A stretch of DNA of 64,000 nt, taken from NCBI GenBank assembly GCA_030650425.1, contig JAUSED010000005.1, positions 78,932 through 142,931 on the forward strand, given 5' to 3'. The notes beneath the pieces were generated by a model. It was not told the DNA's origin, did not search any database, and saw only the letters and a program-made list of their open reading frames with translations. The position numbers and the translations under genes were made by a program. Source of the stretch: Candidatus Omnitrophota bacterium. GTDB taxonomy: Bacteria; Omnitrophota; Gorgyraeia; Gygaellales; Profunditerraquicolaceae. Positions 54,001-63,000 of the stretch are shown one piece after another. How positions within the stretch are numbered: position 1 is the stretch's first letter; each line of letters starts with the position of its first letter.

Positions 54001-57000
54001 AAAAAATTCAGCCGGTTATAGGTAAACGATTGGTTTCTCTGCACAGGTTCGCGCAGAAGATTCTTTTGATAACGCATAGCAGGCTTGGGCTTATTTTCTT
54101 TGCCGGAGGAATTGGCACGCTCGATATATTATCCGATGCTTTATGTTTGATTCAAAATAAAAAGATACAGGCAATGCCTATTGTATTAGTGAATAGAGAG
54201 TTTTGGCAGCCTTTGGTTAGCTGGCTGGAAACTATTTTGAAATCAGGGGCAATATCCAAGGAGGATATTGAATTAGTTAATCTTGTTAGTACAAATGAAG
54301 AGATAATGAAGATTATCGCCGCATCTTCGGTTTTAGGCGAGCAAGCGCGGGATTCGAGCGAATATCGTTTAAGTTCGCCTGTGAACGAATCCTGCGTAGG
54401 CCAACCCTTAGACAGACCCTCTCAAATTAGTAATGTAGACACTTTACACAACTCATCGCCTGTCAAGCAATTAGGAAAGAAAATGCTTCTGCGGTTAGAT
54501 ACCGATAAAAAGTATTCGAGCTCTCCGGCAATAATAGAAGAGATAGCCGCGGCAATTACAGATTCGCTCAAGCTGACTGATTACTCTGGTTCGCCGTTGT
54601 TCTCCTATACTTTCTGTTTCCCTGCCACAATACGTGGCGGAAGCTCGTCTATGTCCGTTTCACCTGTAACTTATGTAGCCTTGGTGGTTTTATATTCATC
54701 TACCTCGTTTTTGATAACAGAAGGAGCAGGATTATTAGTAAACCAGCTTTTTCTAATTCCGCAAATTATTTGCGCTCCGCCAATAGTAAAATATGCAACT
54801 AAGCCCGTTTCCTCGCCGGTAGGGGCTGTTGGCTTCAGCTCGCCGGTGGAAAAAACAGTTGGAGCGACGGTGGTGACGCGAGGCGCCGCCTCGCCGCTTG
54901 GTGAATGGTCAAGTGATAATCTTAGGCAGCAACTTAAGCAGATTGAAGGGAATGTTTTGAATTTGCTGAAGAAATATTCTTTGCCAGAGTTTACGGATAT
55001 TGTTTTACATCCTGTCGCGTATCGTTCTTTAATCACGTGGTTAAACGCAGTCATCAAAAGCCGTGAAGATATACAAGATTTCAAAAAAATGCTGCAGAGA
55101 ATGGAAAAAGACTTTCTGGGGAGTATTTCCGGATTTGTTGCTATAATTTCTCCTGAAGAAAGAAAATCTTTAGTAGAATCTTTAGAATCCTTTAAGCGGA
55201 AGGCAAACGATAAGTTAAATGGTTTTATTACTGAAGCAAGAGAGCTGTATGGAAGGTTTTTGAAGTTGACGCAGCGGGATTTAGAAAATCGTTTTCCGGG
55301 AGAAACTACTCTTATTCTCTTACGGATAATGAGGACAGAGCCTATTAACCGTGAGTGGAATAGGGTTAGGGAAAATGAACATTTCACTTTAGATCCGTAT
55401 CATGGCTATACAAAATTAGACTGGAGAGTGATTATTGTTGCGCAAGTGCCTTTCGGGAGAATCAAAACAACCCCATGGGTATTGGAATCAAGTAAGACTG
55501 AAGAAGAATTTATTGTTTCCGGAGGCCTTCTAAACGTTGTCCAAACCTTTGATAAAAAAGATAAATGGATTAAGTGGAGAGAAGCAAACAAGGATTATTT
55601 TTATGCCAAGCTAAACTCGGCTTCTTCGCCAATCCTAGAAAATAATCAAAGTCTTCTCGTAGCTGGACGAAGTCCTATCAAATTTATTGGCTTAAGCTTG
55701 CCTGTGGAGGGAAAGCTTAAAGAGGTTTTCCTCTATGATAAGCTAGAAGAGAAACTGGTGCCGGTAGAGGCCAAAATCCTTGATACTCAGGACCCTGAAT
55801 TCAACGGTTTTCAGGATGCTGTAAGGGAGTGGTTAGCCTATTCTAGGGATGGTTATGCTATTGATAAAGCTAAAGACCCTCTAACCGGAGAAATTATTAC
55901 TATTCCTCATATCCGTCCTCTTGCCAGCCAAATTATCCAGAATGGAATCACTACTAAAGAGCACTTTATCGTTTTTAAGACAGCCGAGCAGGGAATTATT
56001 GCCTTTGTTCGCCTAAAGTTAAGGCCGCGCAGTATCCTTGGTGCCGGGTTTATTGTTTCTCCGGTTATCCGGCAAGTTAAACGTTACGATACGGAAACTC
56101 TCTTAATGGCCGTGATTCAGTCAATCATCGAATTTAGCCTTCAACAATTGGGCAGGGTAAGGGTGTGGGCGGATCCAGCTAACCGAAAGATGCTGGATTA
56201 TATTTTGCTATTTGGGCCGATAAGAAGACAAGGAAAATTCCTGGTAACGGACGAGGCCGCGCGAAGAATTCTGTGGTACATCCGTAAAAAGATGGCAGAT
56301 TATACCGCAACTTTAGCTGAGCCGGAAGAGAAAAAGTTGGATGGTTCTATTTCCGGCGCCTCCTCGCCGCTGGATTTAACGGTTGGCTTAAGTATTATCA
56401 TCTCCTATGCCTTATTAGTTCCGGTATTTGATTTATACCTGCGTAGGACTATTCAGCGTAAGACCATAGAAGAATTTAAGAAATTCCCATATCCTGTTTG
56501 GATTATGACATTCGCTTTTCTATTATTAGCATGGAAATTCCCGCCGTTGCACAATATTATTTTTTACCTCACCGCATTTTGTCCCGGCATTTTCCTTTCT
56601 TTGATAACGACACTTTCTTTGGCGACTATTTTTAGCCACCGAAAGACCAAGAAAATCATTATACCTTATTATTTATTGCGGGAAGAAGTGAATTATATGT
56701 GGAGACTATATGTCGTTAATATGAAGATTATTGAAGCCGTTGATATCTTTTTCTCAGCTGTGGCAGTCGCCTTCTTTAGTTATTATACCCATGCAACAGC
56801 TTATTTCATACTAGTAATGCTTCTAAAAAGAGCCGGAGTTCTATATCTAGCCCGAGGGCTCACTAAGGAATTTTCTTTAGAGCTTGAAGAGAGATACGAT
56901 GGGGGCAGGGACTTTATAAAAAAGTTTATCACAACAGAGCAGTTATTAGGAACAGATATTGCGCTTAGAGCAAAGGGGGAGCATAAGATAAGCTATAATT

Positions 57001-60000
57001 GCCCGCGGCCAATAGCTTTTGCGTTTAGTTATAAAGGATTAGTTCTGTATTTAGAGGAACCGTATCTTGCTTATTATTTATACCCTTGGTTTATGCCTGT
57101 AGTCAGAGTGATTCAAGAGATCTCCGGCTGGAGAAAGGCAAGAGACCGCGCGAAAGATTCTCTTCCGCAAAGCGAAGCAGCTTGCGGCGGATTAATTCCG
57201 CAGCGTATTGAGTATAGAGATGGGGCCGCCTTGCCGCCGGGATCGCATATCGTCGTCTACGAGGAGAATGGGAATGTAGACGTTGTATATAGCCCATTGT
57301 TTAACAAAGGGTTACAAAACAAATCTTTAGGATATCAAGATGGCCCCGCCGCCGGCACTGAGCCTAATCGAAGCGCCTCGCCGGTTTCAGGAGAGACAGA
57401 ATTATCTTCGGCTTCCGCATGCCTTAGCCCCGCTAAATCCCGCGATAGCCCTAAGGGGAATAAATTCTTAACCTTAACTTCTGCTTTTCTTATTTTTCTT
57501 ACCTCCTTCCATCTTTACCTTAGTCCTTTGCGGGCCTATGCTAACCTTAAGGTTAATCTAAGCGTAATCACGCCCCAAGCGTCACAAGAGCGCCAAGAAA
57601 CCGAAGAGCTTTATAATCAGGCAAGCAGGCATCTAAAGAATCAAAAATACCAAGAAGCGCTGGATCTGTATATAAAGTTAATTAAGCTAGCGCCCAATTA
57701 TATAGATGCCTACATTGACAGGGCCTATCTTTATATCCACCTTGCTCAAGAAGCAAAACAAACAGGTAAAGATACAAAAGGCCTTAGGAAGAACAGAGAC
57801 AATGCAATGTTGGATTTAAAGAAGGCTGAGGCGCTTACTTTAAAGGCCATAAAAGAGAAATACTTTACTAAAGAAGAAGGCAATTTGGTATTTGCCTCAA
57901 TCTATAATCACTACGGATTATTTTATTATCACCTTGAAGGTGATTACAAGAAAGCAGTTAGTTATTTTGAGCAGGCCATAGGCTTAGAGCCGGATAACCC
58001 GATAAATCATAATGATTTAGGGGGAGCCTATTTTAAGTTAGGTAAATACGGCCTTGCCGAAGAGGCATATACTAAGGCAATTGATAAAGCAAAAGCCGCC
58101 AAAGACAATTACGCGGGTTCCCGCATTTACGCAAACCGCGCATTCTTAAGGTTTAAACTCGATAGATATAAGGCGGCAAAGCAAGACATACAGGAAGCCA
58201 CTAGTTTAAATCCCAATTTAAAGAATGATAATAATATCCAAAATTTATTAAAGGAGATTGAATTGAAACTTCAAGAGCGAGAAGGGGTTATTGATTTGTC
58301 TTATCTAAAACTCAATAACTCCAATATCCTTCAGCAGGCTTCCTCGCCGGTTTCGGAGAATAGAAGGGGACAGTTCTATCGTAACTGTTCATCGGCTATG
58401 GAGATAGACAGAGACGGTCTGGAGGATTCTAAGGAAGCGCTTATCGCGCCTTTGCAACATCCCTTAGGCAGGCATTTATATATAGGTACTGATGAGGAGC
58501 GAGACTTATCTAAATGCAGGCAATTGTTATTTGCAGCTTGTCTTGAACTTAGGATATGGAAGAAGCGATATTATTTTGAGCAAGTTGAAAACAGGATATG
58601 CAAGGATCCTTCGTTTCGGACAAAAATAGGCCTTATTGTCTTATTGCGCGATATCCTGCTTAATTATGACGCTTCTAACGTAACGGTTGCTTTTGTAGAC
58701 AGGCTTGAGGGTATTCCGGAAGAACTGATATCGTTCCTTTTAGATGACGAGATCTTATCAGCTTATTTGAATTATCAAGATGAACTTCGAAAATATAAAT
58801 ACATGGATGATAGGGCTATCGAAACTGGCTTTTTCCCATTTTATTATCTATGGTCAGCGTATAAACGCGGGGAAATGCGTGATGCCAAAGAACTCAAAGA
58901 GAGAGTTGTTAGCATCCTTAAGGGTTTTGGCTATGATAAAGCATTCTTCAAGCTCCTAAATGACTTAGCGCATAAGAAAAAGGCGGATTTTAGCCTTGAT
59001 AGCGGCGCAGACGAATTGCGGGTTTTCTTTAGGGCCTTATCCCGTAAAGATATCGTTGAGATTTTTAGACAGACCTTATCAACTCAGATTCTGCCTTCTG
59101 TTAAAAGGCATAGAGCTTCATCTGTAATACAAGGTACCGCCTCGCCGCTGAAGGAAATTGGATCAGAAACCCAAAGAGAAGCAGCCAGGGGAATGATGGT
59201 CATTGAATTGCCCGTGGATGCCGACTTGGGCGAGATCATAAATCACAAAATTGTATATGTTAAGAATGACGGGAATATTAGCACGATTAATGAAGGAAAT
59301 ACAATTAAACTACTACATCCTGATGGGCTAGAATGGAATCTTAGCTGCAAGGTAAGGGATTATCTAAGAGCTACATTTAGCTTAGATTACTCTCTCCTAG
59401 GATTAAAACCTCATCCCTCAACACTTGGAGCGATATGGGCAATGGAAAGGTATCCTACCAATAATCAGCAAGTCCTTGACGCGGGTTGCGGTGAAGGGGT
59501 TTTCACGATTTTGGCGGCTAATTTAGGAGCGAGTAAGGTTATAGGCGTTGATTTAAAAGATTTCATTATTGGACTCGCAAGAAGAAATGCTGAATTAAAT
59601 CGCTTAACTCATATTATTGAATATCACAAACAGGATTTCACAAAACCGTTACAACTATCTGTAAATAACATCAAGTTTGACAAGATCATAACTAATATAC
59701 CCTGTGGTTATACTTATATGGTTCCATCTTTATTGAGGCTTTATCCGGAAGTCAAAACCTTTATTTGGGCAGGTGATTACGTTCATCAAGAAGGCCGCGA
59801 GTATATCGTGGAGGGATCAGAAGAATATATTAGGGAGATTCAGGCATTAGGATTTCGATTCGTAGAAAAATTGATTATTCCTCAAAGAGGTTTGTTTTAT
59901 CCAGAAATTATTATTTGGAAGTGGGTGACATATATCTTAAAGCGGGAAATTAACGAAGCAGGCGCCGCCTCGCCGCTGGGGAAAAATGATCAAAATATCC

Positions 60001-63000
60001 TTATCCCTGAAATTATTTCTGAAGCTATTGCAGAAGAAGTTCAAAGAATGCCGGCTTGGGAACTTTTATCTGTTTTAGATCTCAAAAAGGCCAAGCTACT
60101 TTTTACTAAAAGCGGTCCTAGAGAGCTTACTGTCCACAAGATTAAAGTGCCAAAGCTTGTAAATAAGTATAAAGCGCCAGAGGGTTTAAGTATTCTGCCG
60201 TATGAACTTTTTGATACGACAGAATTTGAACTTTTATACAATAAAAAAGGATACCTTATCGCGATTTATCCGGTTCTCCCAAACGGATTCCTGATTAAAT
60301 CTGGCGAACGACTCCCTCACTATTTTGATTTTAGTGAATATTATTTTAAAATTCCGGAATTCGGTGATCCGAAAATGATTGAAAAATGGGATGCCTTCGT
60401 AAAGGATGTCGGCAGAGATCGGGAAGCAATACAGGCTTATGAGGATTTAATCGGGATAAAGGGTAAGCTTGAAAGGCGCCCGCGTTGGGTACCTTACATC
60501 TACGCAAATCTTGATTATCGGGATAATTTTCCATTTGCTCGGGCTTTTTACATTGAGATGTTTAGCCGTTTGATTAAAAAAGATGAAATCTCGAATAAAA
60601 TCTCTAGAGACATAATCCGGTCTATTCTTCCTGTTTTTCCGACTGTTTACCATCCGGGATCCCATTTATTGGATGATTGGAAATACATTTTAGCTGTTAC
60701 CAGGCGTCTTGATATCCAAAAAGACCATGATATTTTGGTTGTTGGCCCGGGGAATGGCCTTGACACTTGGTTTGTTTCTCGGCAAACAAGGCGGAAAATT
60801 TATGTTGCGGGAATTAATCCTTTGGAAGTTGCCAATACCAGGGCTGTCGCAAAAATTGCCGGGTTTAAGATAGAAGCCAGGATTTACGACAACATTATTT
60901 CTAAAGACGGCGTGACTGTCTTTAATAAGAGATTTGATCGGATTATCTGGAATATGCCCACATATTATCCGGTTGCCCCTAGAATCCGGGAAAGCCTTGA
61001 AGAATGGGAAGATAATGATTACGACGGTATGATCTTAAGGCGTTTTGCCGGAGGCCTTCCATTACTTCTTAAACCAAATGGAATTGCTTTGGTTTGGAAT
61101 TCCGCTGCCGGAAAACTTTTAGATGAGGTTGAAGAAATCTTAAAAGCAAGAGGAGCGCTAGATGTGGCAGTCGAAAAATACCCGGGTATGACGTATTTAG
61201 CCAATATCGAAATGGGCACGGAAACCATTCCTACCGCGCTTTACTTTATCCGCAAGGGAAAAAATCCGGATGCAGCAAGCGCCTATTGTGTCAGTTCGCC
61301 GCTGAAAGAAATAGTTGGAGCGACGGTGGTGACGCGAGGCGCCGCCTCGCCGGTTTCGGGGGGAATATTCCTAACTATATTATGGCCTAAAGACGGTAAT
61401 ATCTTTAATGCGCTCAAAATCTCTGTCATTAGTAGCGATATTCCTAATCTTGCGGATTCTCATAAGAGCAAGATTGAGGGCATCGTTTGTCAACAAGCCG
61501 GATTGCTTAATGATCAATTGGGCAGTATCAAAGACACTTTCATTCAGCGGCCATATCTTGATGTTCAGTTTAGGGATACTATTTATGGCTATATGACACT
61601 TACTGAGTTCTTTGGTTATTTGCGGATGGGATTTAAGGTAGGAGACAGCTTTATGGGAGGATATATTGTAGATTTCTATGGTTTCGGCAATCATAAGACG
61701 ATGCAGAAGCTCAGCGACTACAATAACAGAAGTATAAGCAATTATTTCTTTTTGCTCGCAGCGCTGAAGAAAATTGGTGGCGTTATCATTGATGCCCAGA
61801 AAGTGGTATATAAATATATTGGAGTCAACGAAGATTTTTTTACCGGATTTGACTTTGGCGAGCATCTAATTATTCAAAGGGCTAAAGTTAGGGGATTCAG
61901 CAAGTATCTTAGCAATGCCGCGTTTAATATGTATGATAGCGCGAGTAACTTCAGTGGTGGTTTTAGGCAACTCAAACCTTATTTCTATCCTCTGATGTTC
62001 GGCAAGGGGAACCTTGGAGAGCGGGCGAATGACCCCTCGTTCATAAATTCCCAGTATAGTCTTAGTCATATTTTTTCTCCTTCTAAAAAAGTATACCACG
62101 CTCTTAACGGGGTTGTCAAGAATATTAGTCTTGCCGCCTCGCCGATAAGGATCTCTCCATTTCTCAGTGACATATTTAGAATGTTTCATATGTTTGAGGT
62201 AAATGAATCTATTTTAAGCGAAGACGGGAAAGAGGCGCAGCAGTGGGTTAAGAAAATCATTGGCACAATGCAGAGGCCCCCTGTCGGCCTTATTACAAAT
62301 AATAATGCAGAAAAGCTCATAGCGCTTATGCCTAATCCACGGAAAATATCTCTCGGTGGTTGGTTTGATCTTAGCAGCCTCAATTTTGGAAGCGATGATG
62401 AATTTGGCTTTGGTTGTTTAAGGCCTTGCCCGCATTGTTCAGAAGGGAATACAAGAGCGCGGGTAACAAATCGCACGCTGCCGCCTGCAATAAAGCTTAT
62501 TGAAGAGATGCGCAAGGAAGGCCAGCAAGATACGTTAAGAGGCCTGAAAACTTATCCCGGAAGGTTTCTGATCCAAGGGTGGAATAACACCGACCTTTTC
62601 TATTGGTGTGATCCTTTCTTTAGAGTCTATTTAGACGGCCTTATTGAATTTATCGCGCGTCATTACAAAGATAGAAAATTCCGCCTGCGGATAGCCACAA
62701 TCGGCCCAAACATAGATGACTGGCGCGCATTTATCGTAGCAAAGAGTATTGACAATCTGGTGCTTCAATATCCTGAGTTAAGAAATAATATATTTAGTCT
62801 ATCCTTGCATTTGGCCTTATTTAGCACCAGAGGGTTTGATTATAATACTATCTCTGCTTTGTATGAGCGCAAGATAAATCCACAGCGGCTGGCTAAGGTT
62901 ATAGATAACTATGTGGCCCGCTACGCAGCTATTATTGGCGTTCTCAAGAATACGCTAAGAACGGTCAAAGTATTTCTGTCAAATGAAAGCAGTGAATTTG

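Noticed and set aside
54671-55387. The longest track ORF on the minus strand (238 aa).
   Set aside because: The sequence is low-complexity and S/L/F/K-rich with no recognisable domain. It is out of codon alignment with the plus frame, in the usual shadow phase (start = 2 mod 3) shared by most minus-strand ORFs here. Its GEAAP/TGEETG strings are simply the reverse complement of junction motifs. I treat it as a shadow of the giant ORF.
57160-57270. Short GC-rich hairpins (CCGCAAAGC..GCTTGCGG and GTCTAC..GTAGAC) that might be a third MITE.
   Set aside because: The stems are only 6-9 bp, with no terminal inverted repeats or flanking direct repeats. They are not distinguishable from chance.
62070-62189. 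The 40-codon N-terminal extension of the antitoxin ORF as listed in the track (107 aa from the ATG at 62189).
   Set aside because: The extension covers the -35/-10/SD elements and the junction 12-mer, which is read as RRGG. The DUF104-like homology starts at the internal MTKTILGIYERG, which has a well-spaced AGGAG. I therefore call the 67-aa form.
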